Part shown: positions 53,026-62,714 of the stretch, in pieces
Layout of the letters: the number at the start of each line of letters is the position of its first letter
Position numbering within the stretch: the stretch's first letter is position 1
DNA from: a virus
Lineage: Duplodnaviria; Heunggongvirae; Uroviricota; Caudoviricetes
IMG/VR virus record: IMGVR_UViG_3300044712_000123
Strand: one strand, 5' to 3'
DNA: 64,000 nucleotides
Made by a program: the position numbers and the translations under genes
The notes under the pieces: model-generated
Database searches by the model: none
Told to the model about the DNA's origin: nothing
The model's input: only the letters and a program-made list of their open reading frames with translations

Positions 53026-54270
53026 TTAAGCGTTGTTAATAGTTACGATTGGTAGAGGTTGACCACCATATGTATTAGCCGCATAAGCTGTACCAAATGT
53101 TGCTGTTACAGGAGTAGCATTCTGAATGTTTGCTTCGCTGTTGTTGAACAACAATGTGTTGTAGTCGCTTAGTGACTGAACATAAGCCGTACCAGAAGCT
53201 GCATCAGTTGACAAGATTGACATTGTGTTAGGTGTCAATGCTGCGTTTGCAACGTTTGCTGTGTAGCACTGTGCTGTCAAACCTGATGTCAAACCAGTAA
53301 CCAAATATTTTTGCTTACCTTTTTGACGTACAATATAACCAGCTTCATCATTTGCATATACGAAACTTGCTGCGGAAGCGTTAACTGCTGCGTTAGCTGT
53401 CAATACAACTCTATCTTGGACTGCATAAGAAGTAGCATCTTCATCAACAAGAGCAACGTTTGCGCCACCGGCAGTCAAAGAAACACTGAATGCTGCTGCG
53501 TTTGCGATAGTCTTAACAAAGTATGTTGTACCGGCAGTCAAACCACCAATATTAGCAGACAATACGACTGGCTGACTTGCAAACAATGTTTGTGCGTTAC
53601 CAACAGAAGTTAAGAAATTACCAGTTGCTGTAGCATTTGACAACTCGATATTTGCATAACCAGCAACTGATCCAGAAACAAAACCTAAGTTAACGAAGTC
53701 TGTTGACCCGTTGACGTTAGCAACTGCAACTTGAATTGCTGAACCAGCAGACAATGTATTTGCAAAATCAGTACCAGTACCAAATACATTAGCATTGCCA
53801 CTAGATGAGTACAATGCACCTGAACCAGTAACTCCCACAGCAACACGAGTTACTGTTTGAGTGCTGTAGATTCCAGTATTACCACCGACTACACCATAGC
53901 TTGCGCCTGGGTTAGTAGATGTGCCACCTGATTGTGCAGTTGAGTCTGGATTTTGGAAACCGCTGTCAACGATACCACATGATAGAATCACGGATTGACC
54001 AGATGTACCTGATAAGTTCACTGGTGTATTAGTTGGGTTAGCACTAGGTTGAGTAGCAGAAACAGTGAATGTTGATGCACCAGTTACTTCAAGTACCCAG
54101 TATGTTGTACCACCAGTAAGACCGCCAACAGTAGTTGCTGGTACGAAAGGTGTACCGGCAACAATACCAAGAGTCGATAGAGTTTGAGAAACAGTAACTG
54201 CTTCAGTAGATGCACCAGTACCAGTTAAGGTTAATAGAGTAGCTTTCGCTATTTTTAGAGGACGTCCCAT
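53026..54270 (-). CDS. Virion structural protein (tail/fibre-associated)
   Basis: MGRPLK start; two copies of GGLT(G/A)GTTY(W/F)V..F(T/S)VS module; GYIVRQKGKQKYLV; Thr/Ala/Gly-rich. Confidence 0.65.
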   Translation of the reverse strand: MGRPLKIAKATLLTLTGTGASTEAVTVSQTLSTLGIVAGTPFVPATTVGGLTGGTTYWVLEVTGASTFTVSATQPSANPTNTPVNLSGTSGQSVILSCGIVDSGFQNPDSTAQSGGTSTNPGASYGVVGGNTGIYSTQTVTRVAVGVTGSGALYSSSGNANVFGTGTDFANTLSAGSAIQVAVANVNGSTDFVNLGFVSGSVAGYANIELSNATATGNFLTSVGNAQTLFASQPVVLSANIGGLTAGTTYFVKTIANAAAFSVSLTAGGANVALVDEDATSYAVQDRVVLTANAAVNASAASFVYANDEAGYIVRQKGKQKYLVTGLTSGLTAQCYTANVANAALTPNTMSILSTDAASGTAYVQSLSDYNTLLFNNSEANIQNATPVTATFGTAYAANTYGGQPLPIVTINNA

Positions 54271-54360
54271 TTGTTTTTCCTTTATAATGTTCGCGGGTTC
54301 TAGCCGCTACGCAGTGGGTTACTGCATAAATTCTCCGAATGAGAATGTACATTCTATTTA
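54271..54360 (-). promoter_or_regulatory. Late promoter TAAATA followed by a multi-hairpin 5' leader
   Basis: TAAATA at 54355-60; hairpins TTCTC/GAGAA, GCAGT/ACTGC, GCGG/CCGC; RBS TAAAGGAAAAACAAATG. Confidence 0.55.
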
Positions 54361-54393
54361 TCTAACCGCATGGGAAAACACCATAAATACATT

Positions 54394-55623
54394 ATGGCAT
54401 TATTAAATTCAGCGAAAACACCACTAATTTGGACTTGGGCTAGAGCACCGGGAGACAACAACGGACCGGAGAATCGTATTGCATTTAAAGAAAGAAATCT
54501 TAGCATTGCTGAGGAAAATTGGATAGATGAGATTGACCGACGACTCGGAGACTATTACTATATAGAGTTTGTACACCATGATGCATTTTCAGTGTACGAT
54601 ATCACTACCCTTATTCCAGATGACATACTGGCCCGTATTAAATTAGGTGAGGTGACATTAATTTTAGCTACGACTGGTCATGGATATCACGAAAATGTTG
54701 AGGGGGTTTACAGAGATGTGCTAGTGAAGCATTCTATTGACCCCAAAAATATAATCATACGAAGTGAATCGGCTGACATGTTGGAGGAGATTAATGTCAT
54801 CAGTAGAAAGTACAATCTTCCTGTATGTAGATATGAGTGGGCTACTGAGTTTGAAAGGATGATGCAGGACTATCCTAAGTACACTGACCACATTATCCCC
54901 GTGACACTTCAAATTAAGGAGTATGAGAAGAAGTTTCTCAGTTTCAATGGTTTATGGAGACCACATCGAGGTGCTATTGTTAATTTGCTGTCGGCCTTAG
55001 GTGTGCTTGATAAAGGATTTGTTAGCTATAACTCAAAGGGTTCATATATGAATGGTAATGACACCTATGAATTCCTGCAGCAATTTTTAGGTTACAATAC
55101 AGAAGTGAAAAACTTGTTGGAGAATACCGAGAATGCACTAAGAAAACTAGACAAACTTATCATCGATATTGATGAAACTTCTTCTGTCAACGCTGCAAAC
55201 ATTCTTGCAACTGATAAGGATCTATACGAGAATAGTTACTTTAGCGTAGTGACCGAGACTAGTATACCATTGAAGCCATTCAGTCATCATTTTGAAAGTA
55301 ACACTGATACCGGTAGAATATTAAGCGAAAAGATTTTCAAGCCGGTAGCACTACGTCATCCGTTCTTAGTAGTATCTAATCCAAAGACACTAGACTTGTT
55401 CAGAAGTTTAGGCTACAAGACATTCTCACCGTTGATAGACGAGTCTTACGATGACGTAGACGATACGGCACAGAGATTATTGATGATAGCAAAAGAGGTC
55501 AAACGCTTATGCGAATTGACCCCTGATGAGTTAGCATATTTCTTAACCGAAGCTAAGAAGATTTGTGACTACAATTTAGATGTGATGACAAACAAGAAGT
55601 ATTTCATCCATCCACTCAATTAA
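54394..55623 (+). CDS. Glycosyltransferase-like hypothetical protein
   Basis: Probable start 54394 after TAAATA (54384-89). KKFLSFNG..RPHR, YENSYFSVVTET, LSEKIFKP..HPFLV, LGYKTF..IDESYD pattern of phage polysaccharide-related proteins. Confidence 0.5.
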   Translation: MALLNSAKTPLIWTWARAPGDNNGPENRIAFKERNLSIAEENWIDEIDRRLGDYYYIEFVHHDAFSVYDITTLIPDDILARIKLGEVTLILATTGHGYHENVEGVYRDVLVKHSIDPKNIIIRSESADMLEEINVISRKYNLPVCRYEWATEFERMMQDYPKYTDHIIPVTLQIKEYEKKFLSFNGLWRPHRGAIVNLLSALGVLDKGFVSYNSKGSYMNGNDTYEFLQQFLGYNTEVKNLLENTENALRKLDKLIIDIDETSSVNAANILATDKDLYENSYFSVVTETSIPLKPFSHHFESNTDTGRILSEKIFKPVALRHPFLVVSNPKTLDLFRSLGYKTFSPLIDESYDDVDDTAQRLLMIAKEVKRLCELTPDELAYFLTEAKKICDYNLDVMTNKKYFIHPLN

Positions 55624-55985
55624 ATTGTGAAACCACCATCGCCGTAGTTCTTGCGTTCTTTGACCGGATCGTTAAGTTTATCAGCGATGACATTCTTTAG
55701 CACATAACGTTCTTCCATAATATCTCTACACTTCAACGCTCTACGGCCTACTTCTGCTAAGTCGAACATCTTTTCTACTCGATACTTTTTAAAGTCGTCT
55801 TCTAGTTCCCACACACGTGCATGAACGTCATACAACTTATCAAGTTCCTCTTTGATTAACTCAAAATCGATATCTTTTAGTTGATCCGTGTAGAAGTCTA
55901 GTTCTTCTTTGTTGTTGCCAATCTTTGCGAACTTCAATTTTGCGATACAATACCGGTCTACTAATTCGATTACTGGGAATTTCAT
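55620..55985 (-). CDS. Hypothetical helical protein
   Basis: 121 aa; coupled to the methyltransferase gene. Confidence 0.6.
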   Translation of the reverse strand: MKFPVIELVDRYCIAKLKFAKIGNNKEELDFYTDQLKDIDFELIKEELDKLYDVHARVWELEDDFKKYRVEKMFDLAEVGRRALKCRDIMEERYVLKNVIADKLNDPVKERKNYGDGGFTI

Positions 55986-57184
55986 TTTACATCTACCTCT
56001 GGGAAATATTTTAAGAACAGATCATGTGGTTGGTCACGAACTTTCTTGATACGCTGACTAATTTCGTCAAAGAAGTTCCATGCAAGTGGCATGAATAGAA
56101 TTTTGTCATTTGGGGAGAAGTTCATTAGAGCTTCGATTGACTTGATAGGAGTGTTGTGTCCTGGACAATACATATCTTGTTTCAAAGGACTATCATCAAT
56201 GATGAGATCAAGTGGAGTCTTGATATAGTTCAATAATGTATTTCCCTTTGCTGCTGCCCCGTAACCAATAATCTTATACCCTTGTTCACTGTATGCGTTC
56301 AAAACTGACCTCAGTTGCCACGTGTTTTGATAAACAACCTTCTCCCATACTTTGTACGTTGTCGTGTCAAGTAACTTTGATTCGTTCTTTAGAACGTTTG
56401 TCATGTGGAAGAAACGTTGTTTGGTCTTGCTTAATACAAACACATAACTATTACCATGAATCGGCGTCTTGATTACATCAATAAGATTTAAGTTAGCACG
56501 TTTGGCTAGTTCGTTCATGCTATTACTGTTGAAGAAATTGATATGCTCATGGTAGATTGTATCAAACTCATTGTTCAATACCATGTCAGCCTGACTAGTT
56601 TGAATGAACAATAATGTGTGATCGTCCATCAGTTGCTTGCATGTTTCTAAGAACTCTAATGGATTAGGATTATGAGCAAAAACATTCTGTGCAGTGATAG
56701 CATCGAAGCTACTATGAACTTTGTCTACGATATTAGGACCAAAGTAGTCACAGATTACGTTGTGATTCTTCGAGCTTGTTGGATATATGTTCTCTGCCGG
56801 GTCGATTCCAAAGGTGTTGATGCCTAGATTTCTAAATGAGTTTAGTTGAGTACCGTCATTACATCCAATGTCCAGTACGTTGTTTGTGGTATTAGTCATT
56901 GTCTCTAGAACATAACCAGCAAACCAATCGCTGTAGTCTTTTAGAGTCTGACTAGTACCAGCCACATATAGATAGTTTGAATAGATTACTTTAGGGTCTA
57001 CTGTATGTGACAACTGCAAGTGACAGCAATCTTCACATAGGTTTACAGCAAGTGGATATGTATCTTGTGTCTCTGGAGCATACTTTAAGTTGTTTGCTAG
57101 TGGCTGATTGCCTAAGTTTAATGATGATGTTAGATTAGTGCTACCGCAAGCTAAACAAGTTTTATTTTCTGTTACGTTACTCAT
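55982..57184 (-). CDS. NDP-sugar C-methyltransferase (Zn-binding, class I SAM)
   Basis: Likely start 57184. CLACGS..LGNQPLAN, CEDCCHLQL, VLDIGCNDG, NVFAH, FDTIYHEH, IHGNS, GYGAAAKGNTLLNY, LAWNF. Confidence 0.88.
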   Translation of the reverse strand: MSNVTENKTCLACGSTNLTSSLNLGNQPLANNLKYAPETQDTYPLAVNLCEDCCHLQLSHTVDPKVIYSNYLYVAGTSQTLKDYSDWFAGYVLETMTNTTNNVLDIGCNDGTQLNSFRNLGINTFGIDPAENIYPTSSKNHNVICDYFGPNIVDKVHSSFDAITAQNVFAHNPNPLEFLETCKQLMDDHTLLFIQTSQADMVLNNEFDTIYHEHINFFNSNSMNELAKRANLNLIDVIKTPIHGNSYVFVLSKTKQRFFHMTNVLKNESKLLDTTTYKVWEKVVYQNTWQLRSVLNAYSEQGYKIIGYGAAAKGNTLLNYIKTPLDLIIDDSPLKQDMYCPGHNTPIKSIEALMNFSPNDKILFMPLAWNFFDEISQRIKKVRDQPHDLFLKYFPEVDVK

Positions 57185-58082
57185 ATTTGATAAATTGATT
57201 TCTGTTCGAGAAGTTAGCCTTCTCGAACTTATCAACGAATTCTGTAACAATGGATTCTACTGTATCAGTGAATTCAAAATCATATGTACGCTTGAACTTA
57301 GATGTATCCATAATAAAATCATACGCACCAGAAACGTTGATGGTCTCTTGTACCTTTGCATCTAAGATTTTACTTACATAACCACTTATGTTTTCTACCG
57401 TATCAGCAAAGCTAGATATATTATAAACTCCTGAGATTGGTTTGTCAACTATAGATTTAACCGCGCGACTAATATCATTGATACCCAAGATTGGTCTAGT
57501 GATTGTCTTGTTATTGATTGTGACGGTGCCATCATACAATGACTTTTTGGTCATTGCGTTAATCATCAATTCTTCACGTGTGTTTGGACTCCAACCATTG
57601 ACAGTTCCAAATCGTAACCCAATGATAGTGTATCCATCTTTGATAAACTTCTCTGCTTGTACGTCAAGCGAATACTTAGTTAGGTCATAGTTGTTGATGG
57701 GTTTGAACTGTAGTGGGATATCCTCAGTTGAGATAGTATTACTTGATCCATAGACACTACCACTACTCGCATATATTAGTGTCTGAGACTTGTCTAGCTT
57801 ACTGACCAAGCCAATGAAATTGTTTACGTTATTCACCCAGCTTGAAAGTACTGGACCATCACACATTTTAACAGAGCTATGTCCTGCTAACAGTATGATG
57901 GCGTTGTATTGTGATAGTTCTTGCTTAGATAACCTATTATAGTCTCTAACCTCTGTATGAGAATCGGGTTGACCAAACCAACAAATATCGACACTATGAA
58001 TGTCGTATGTGTTGTGTAGATCGTGAATCAGTCTTGAACCAATATATCCGTTTCCACCAATAATAAGAACTTTTTTAGCCAT
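57177..58082 (-). CDS. NAD-dependent epimerase/dehydratase (extended SDR)
   Basis: VLIIGGNGYIG, YASSGSVYG, YDLTK (YxxxK), LRFGTVNG. Confidence 0.9.
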   Translation of the reverse strand: MAKKVLIIGGNGYIGSRLIHDLHNTYDIHSVDICWFGQPDSHTEVRDYNRLSKQELSQYNAIILLAGHSSVKMCDGPVLSSWVNNVNNFIGLVSKLDKSQTLIYASSGSVYGSSNTISTEDIPLQFKPINNYDLTKYSLDVQAEKFIKDGYTIIGLRFGTVNGWSPNTREELMINAMTKKSLYDGTVTINNKTITRPILGINDISRAVKSIVDKPISGVYNISSFADTVENISGYVSKILDAKVQETINVSGAYDFIMDTSKFKRTYDFEFTDTVESIVTEFVDKFEKANFSNRNQFIKYE

Positions 58083-58102
58083 ACGATATTTAGTATCGTA
58101 TG
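58080..58102 (-). promoter_or_regulatory. Start-codon-sequestering 9-bp hairpin with late promoter in the loop
   Basis: CATACGATA-TTTAG-TATCGTATG; TAAATA at 58087-92; ATG at 58082. Confidence 0.7.
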
Positions 58103-58108
58103 TAAGCC

Positions 58109-58396
58109 TTATTCAGTTCCTGTAGCAGGATGATTTGCGCCCAAGTCAGTGATGCTAAATGCACCAGCAGTGCCAGCAACGTTGATATATGCAATATAGT
58201 TACCTTGACCTACATAAAAGTCACTCTCAACTGTATTTGCCGGTATGATTTGGCAAGCTGTCAAGTTTGCTGTTACGCTAGAGTTACCTGTATTAACTGC
58301 AATAGCCGATGTGGTTGTTGAAATTTTTACTTTGTCTGTGGTGCTTGCTGCGGTACGTTGACTTGTACCGTTTGCTGTATAAATTACTGATGCCAT
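58109..58396 (-). CDS. Small virion structural protein
   Basis: 95 aa, Thr/Ala-rich beta protein; AGGAAAACAAAATG RBS. Confidence 0.6.
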   Translation of the reverse strand: MASVIYTANGTSQRTAASTTDKVKISTTTSAIAVNTGNSSVTANLTACQIIPANTVESDFYVGQGNYIAYINVAGTAGAFSITDLGANHPATGTE

Positions 58397-58409
58397 TTTG
58401 TTTTCCTAA

Positions 58410-60791
58410 TTATAATCTTCCGACGGCGACTTCGATTACGCCCTCAATACCGTCAAAGTCTTCTAGTGCTTTGCCGATAACCATACCCATCTGTGGGTTG
58501 TTCCATGGTCTTGCAAAGCCGTTGCCTGCACTAACCATCATATCACCTTTACGTACTTTGCCTCTTACTTTACACGGCACACGACCTTGCAGAGCGATAG
58601 CTACCGCAATGCCTGGACATTTTGCATTCATTGCATATGCTGGATCAGTTGATACTACACCTGCTACTCTTGTTGTGCCGTCTTCTGCGATAGTAACTTC
58701 TTTTTCACCACCAAATGCTAGAACAGTTCCTGGATCATAAACTTGATCTGCTTCATAATATTCTGCCAAGTCAGCGTATGTTGCTTGCATTCTAGAACCT
58801 GCAGTAAGAATCCAATTACCAGTGATATTACCTACAGTAGTGTTTGCACCTGTAGAGATATCAGTAGTAAGAATGTTACCACTATGTATACCCGAGAACG
58901 TAGTTGCGATCAGTGCACCGTTAGCCATGTTTGCACTGAAAATTGTATTTGCAGTTTCAACGATATTACCGGTAACTGCATTTGCAAAGATTGGGTATAC
59001 AATACCAGTTGTACCAGTAGTGACATTAATAAAATCAGCAACGTTTGCATATGCAACGTTTAAGTTAGCAACACGTGTTGTACTTGACACTGCTAAAGGT
59101 GCAGTGCCTGTTACCACTGTGGTAATTAATTGTCCTGCAGTAATGACGTTACCTGCATTTACGTTACCAGTTGCAGTGATTAGTCCCGCAGTTCCTAAAT
59201 TACCTACGTTAGCATTACCCACTGCACTTATAGTGTTACCTACGAATAGTGCATTTGATGTTTTGGTAAATGTGAAACCTGATGTTGCGTTTGCTAATCC
59301 CGCATCATTAAACAATACTTGAGTATTTGAACCATTGACAGACAAGTTACCACTAATGTTACCTTGAACGTTACCAATGAAAAACGGAGCAGTAATATTA
59401 CCTGTAGCAGTAACTATGCCGGTTCCTATATTTCCCAGATTAGCATTTCCAGTAATAGATAAATTAGCACCAACCAAGAAAGCAGTAGAACGAATGTTGC
59501 CAGTAGCAGTAATCAAACCACCGGTATTGATGTTACCACCGCCAATATTACCTGTAGCAGTGATTAATCCGCCGGTACCCAAGTTACCTACGTTAGCATT
59601 GCCACCTGCGCTCAATGTGCCTGCGGTTGCTAGGTTACCGCCAGTGACAGTACCAGTAGCAGATAATAATGTTGACTTAAATAATCCAGTTGCTGCATCT
59701 ATTGAGATATTAGCATTAGAGCCCAACGCATAGTTAGCGGTTGTATTTCCGCTAACGAATACAGGATAGAAGGTTCCTGTAGTTTGAGTAGTTGTAACCC
59801 CAAAATCACTTACGTTTGCGTAAGCTACAGATAAGTTAGCTACACGGGTTGTACTAGTGACAACTAAAGGTGAGCTACCAGTAGCAATGTTTGATACTAA
59901 TCGAGATGCAACTATGTTTGCAGTTCCATTAATGTTACCAGCAATGTTGGCATTACCATTAACCGACAAAATTCTATTGTTGAAATCCCAAGTGATGTTG
60001 CTATCACCTGATAAGATTCCTGAGTTATTGAACTGAATAGAGTAAGTAGAACCGTTGGCCGCAGCAGCGCCACCGCCACCTACGGATGTAATCGCTAATG
60101 CGTTTGGACTATTTGTATACGTCAATGATGTACCTACTGCTGCTGTTGATAGTACAGAGTCTGTATACAAAGTTACGTTGCCTGACGTAGGGAAGTCGTT
60201 TGCAACTTTAACGTAGAAAATTTTACTGTTGACGTTACCGTTTGCAGTACCGTTAACACCACTGATAGTGACTGAAGTTCCGTTTGTGTATGGAATACTT
60301 GTTGCAACGCGCATCACGATCGGAGTTGCATTGGATAATGCAATGATATTAGCGGTGATTGTGCCTTTACTAGACCAAGTCAAGTTCCCAGTACCGTCAG
60401 TTTGAAGCACATAACCAATAGCACCACCACCTAGCTTAACGTTACCTACGTTACCTAAGTGAATATTGTTTGTAGTGTATAATGCTGTATTGCCGGGCTG
60501 TAAACTATTACCACCTGAGTTTTGCCAAGTACCAGTGCTAGAAACATATGTTAAAAATTGACCAGTCTGTGCATTGTCAATATTTAAGTTACTGCCACCG
60601 CTTCCAGTAACTTGACTGAAACTGATGTTTGAGTAAGACGTTAGTACTTCAATGTTCTCGTTAGGTACAGACTTACCTATGAACAAGCGTTTAGCATCTG
60701 TGGCCCAGCCGAACTCAGCCTCGTCTAATTGCGGTAGATCAACTAGGTTACCTGTTCGTTGCTGGATTTTTGAGATTTGTATGATAGCCAT
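58410..60791 (-). CDS. Tail fibre-like protein with C-terminal chaperone/autoproteolysis-type domain
   Basis: N-terminal IQQRTG..LPQLDEAEFGWATD..RLFIG; Asn/Gly repeats; C-terminal YADLAEYY..GTVL..VAGVVST.PAY.MN..IALQGRVPCKV..VIGKALE. Confidence 0.8.
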   Translation of the reverse strand: MAIIQISKIQQRTGNLVDLPQLDEAEFGWATDAKRLFIGKSVPNENIEVLTSYSNISFSQVTGSGGSNLNIDNAQTGQFLTYVSSTGTWQNSGGNSLQPGNTALYTTNNIHLGNVGNVKLGGGAIGYVLQTDGTGNLTWSSKGTITANIIALSNATPIVMRVATSIPYTNGTSVTISGVNGTANGNVNSKIFYVKVANDFPTSGNVTLYTDSVLSTAAVGTSLTYTNSPNALAITSVGGGGAAAANGSTYSIQFNNSGILSGDSNITWDFNNRILSVNGNANIAGNINGTANIVASRLVSNIATGSSPLVVTSTTRVANLSVAYANVSDFGVTTTQTTGTFYPVFVSGNTTANYALGSNANISIDAATGLFKSTLLSATGTVTGGNLATAGTLSAGGNANVGNLGTGGLITATGNIGGGNINTGGLITATGNIRSTAFLVGANLSITGNANLGNIGTGIVTATGNITAPFFIGNVQGNISGNLSVNGSNTQVLFNDAGLANATSGFTFTKTSNALFVGNTISAVGNANVGNLGTAGLITATGNVNAGNVITAGQLITTVVTGTAPLAVSSTTRVANLNVAYANVADFINVTTGTTGIVYPIFANAVTGNIVETANTIFSANMANGALIATTFSGIHSGNILTTDISTGANTTVGNITGNWILTAGSRMQATYADLAEYYEADQVYDPGTVLAFGGEKEVTIAEDGTTRVAGVVSTDPAYAMNAKCPGIAVAIALQGRVPCKVRGKVRKGDMMVSAGNGFARPWNNPQMGMVIGKALEDFDGIEGVIEVAVGRL

Positions 60792-60825
60792 AAGTGAATT
60801 CTTTAAAGAGTATCACTTATTTATC
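60790..60825 (-). promoter_or_regulatory. Late promoter GATAAATA overlapping a start-codon-proximal hairpin
   Basis: ATAAGTGA(60790-97)/TCACTTAT(60813-20); TAAATA at 60818-23. Confidence 0.55.
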
Positions 60826-60833
60826 TTATATCA

Positions 60834-61520
60834 TCACAGGAACTTCATGTAGAATTGTTCGACTCGACGGAACCACATATCAGAATATTTGTTGAATTCT
60901 GCGCCCTCGATGATGAATTCTTGATATACTGAGTTAGGGTCACACATAAAAATGACGCCTTTTTGAATCTTTGTTCCGTGAACTTCGTTGTGAGCATTAG
61001 CATATGCTGCTAATTGAACAAAGTAATCATCGATCCATTCACGCTTTTTGGGCTTATTTGTTTGTTTATGATCCATAATAGCTTCTGCCCCACCATGAAC
61101 ACCGCATAAGTCAGTAGTACCGGCATACACCTTAGGAAAATATAGTGGAACTTCTGTGCCCCAATATTCAGTGCAGTTAACCATACCTTGCATGATGATA
61201 GAGCGAGCCATACTGTTGCTTTGGATACTGTACGGGTTAGAACCGGGTTCTCCTAGAACACCTGTCTTAACATAGTCTTCAAGCCACTTGTGCATACGAG
61301 TGCCTCGGCCAGCAGCTTCGGTAGTGATAGCTTGCGCTTTCTGTGTTCCCACACGCTTCCTCCACTCGTTAAGTGCTTTTTTGGATTCTTCTGATTTGGT
61401 TGCGTCTAAGATCGTAGTGACGCTGGGTAGCTTTTCACCATCAGGTGTTGCATATCTACGCCCTTCAGGTGTGTCAATGCGTTTGATGGCTTCATATTTA
61501 AATTTGTCTGGTATGTACAT
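60834..61520 (-). CDS. PD-(D/E)XK exonuclease (phage Cas4-like)
   Basis: RRYATPDG..LPSVTTIL, RGTRMH, YAGTTDL, IMDHKQ, YFVQLAAYA. Confidence 0.85.
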   Translation of the reverse strand: MYIPDKFKYEAIKRIDTPEGRRYATPDGEKLPSVTTILDATKSEESKKALNEWRKRVGTQKAQAITTEAAGRGTRMHKWLEDYVKTGVLGEPGSNPYSIQSNSMARSIIMQGMVNCTEYWGTEVPLYFPKVYAGTTDLCGVHGGAEAIMDHKQTNKPKKREWIDDYFVQLAAYANAHNEVHGTKIQKGVIFMCDPNSVYQEFIIEGAEFNKYSDMWFRRVEQFYMKFL

Positions 61521-61563
61521 ACGTTATGATAACATCATCTATAGAGTATGTCTATGGATTAGG

Positions 61564-62340
61564 TTATATCCAATCAGGGTTAATATCCGGTATTGACCTA
61601 TGATTAATTTTAAAAGTATCTTTAGTCGTCACAAACGATGTTGCAGGCAACACTTTGATGTCACCGTGAAGTCGTTTAATTTCTTCATTGACATAATCAG
61701 ACAGAACTACTTGAGCTTCAAGTCCATCGTGACCGCATGGTAATTTTGGACTATCATATGTAACTTCTACAAAACTTCGATTGGTGTAATAGTCAATAGA
61801 GTTCGCAGCATAGGTTGTAGTAGGTAACTTTGTTCGAGCTTCCTCTAAACCCTCATGCCTAAAATCACCTGAATAGTCTGACATAAGATAAGGAATATTG
61901 TGTGATTTGAATAAATTAGCCAAAGATAGCTTATAGATCATTGTTCTACGATAGAAGTTTTCGTGGCTCCAATGTTCTAATAGATTTTTCTCTTCTGGGC
62001 CTCTAGGGGAACCCTCAGGCATACAGATCAGCTTGTAATCGTTGAGTTTAAAGGTAGCCCTTTGTCCGGGAAATATATTAAACCATTGCTCTTGGCGCCA
62101 ATACTGGCTCCAAGCAATGATTACTAATGGTTTACTACCTGTAGGGAGATTCTCGTACACATACTCATAGGTACGACGGTGAATACTGTCATTGCCGCAC
62201 CCTTTAAGGGCCAAATTGACTATTGGTACGCCTAATTGTTTAGCAACTAGTGCTGGCCAGGCTTGTTCTTTAGGATTATCTAATCCCTGTCCGTATGTAA
62301 AACTGCAACCGTTAGTTACTAAATGTGTTATTTCTGTCAT
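61564..62340 (-). CDS. SGNH/GDSL hydrolase-like protein
   Basis: Likely start 62340. LVTNGCSFTYG (block I), NLALKGCGN, IAWSQ..R, CGHDG. Confidence 0.65.
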   Translation of the reverse strand: MTEITHLVTNGCSFTYGQGLDNPKEQAWPALVAKQLGVPIVNLALKGCGNDSIHRRTYEYVYENLPTGSKPLVIIAWSQYWRQEQWFNIFPGQRATFKLNDYKLICMPEGSPRGPEEKNLLEHWSHENFYRRTMIYKLSLANLFKSHNIPYLMSDYSGDFRHEGLEEARTKLPTTTYAANSIDYYTNRSFVEVTYDSPKLPCGHDGLEAQVVLSDYVNEEIKRLHGDIKVLPATSFVTTKDTFKINHRSIPDINPDWI

Positions 62341-62714
62341 GGATGCTTCTTTCGATAGTCTTCTACCGCAGCTTTGATTGCATCTTCTGCTAAGATAGAA
62401 CAATGTATCTTAACTGGTGGTAATGCTAATTCTTCGGCGATTTGGCTATTACGAATGTTAACAGCATCATCCAAATGCATTCCCTTAACCATCTCAGTGA
62501 CAAGACTCGAACTGGCGATTGCTGAACCGCATCCATATGTCTTGAAACGAGCATCTCTAATAATGCCATTTTCATCTACCTTAATCTGTAATTTCATTAC
62601 GTCACCACATGCGGGTGCTCCAACCATACCTGTACCAACAGTATCGTCTATTTCGAATTTACCCACGTTGCGTGGATTTTCGTAGTGATCTACTACTTTG
62701 TCTGAATAAGCCAT
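62337..62714 (-). CDS. iscU: Fe-S cluster scaffold IscU
   Basis: Start 62714. MAYSDKVVDHYENPRNVG, GAPACGDVMKLQI, KTYGCGSAIASSS, LPPVKIHCSILAEDA. Confidence 0.95.
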   Translation of the reverse strand: MAYSDKVVDHYENPRNVGKFEIDDTVGTGMVGAPACGDVMKLQIKVDENGIIRDARFKTYGCGSAIASSSLVTEMVKGMHLDDAVNIRNSQIAEELALPPVKIHCSILAEDAIKAAVEDYRKKHP

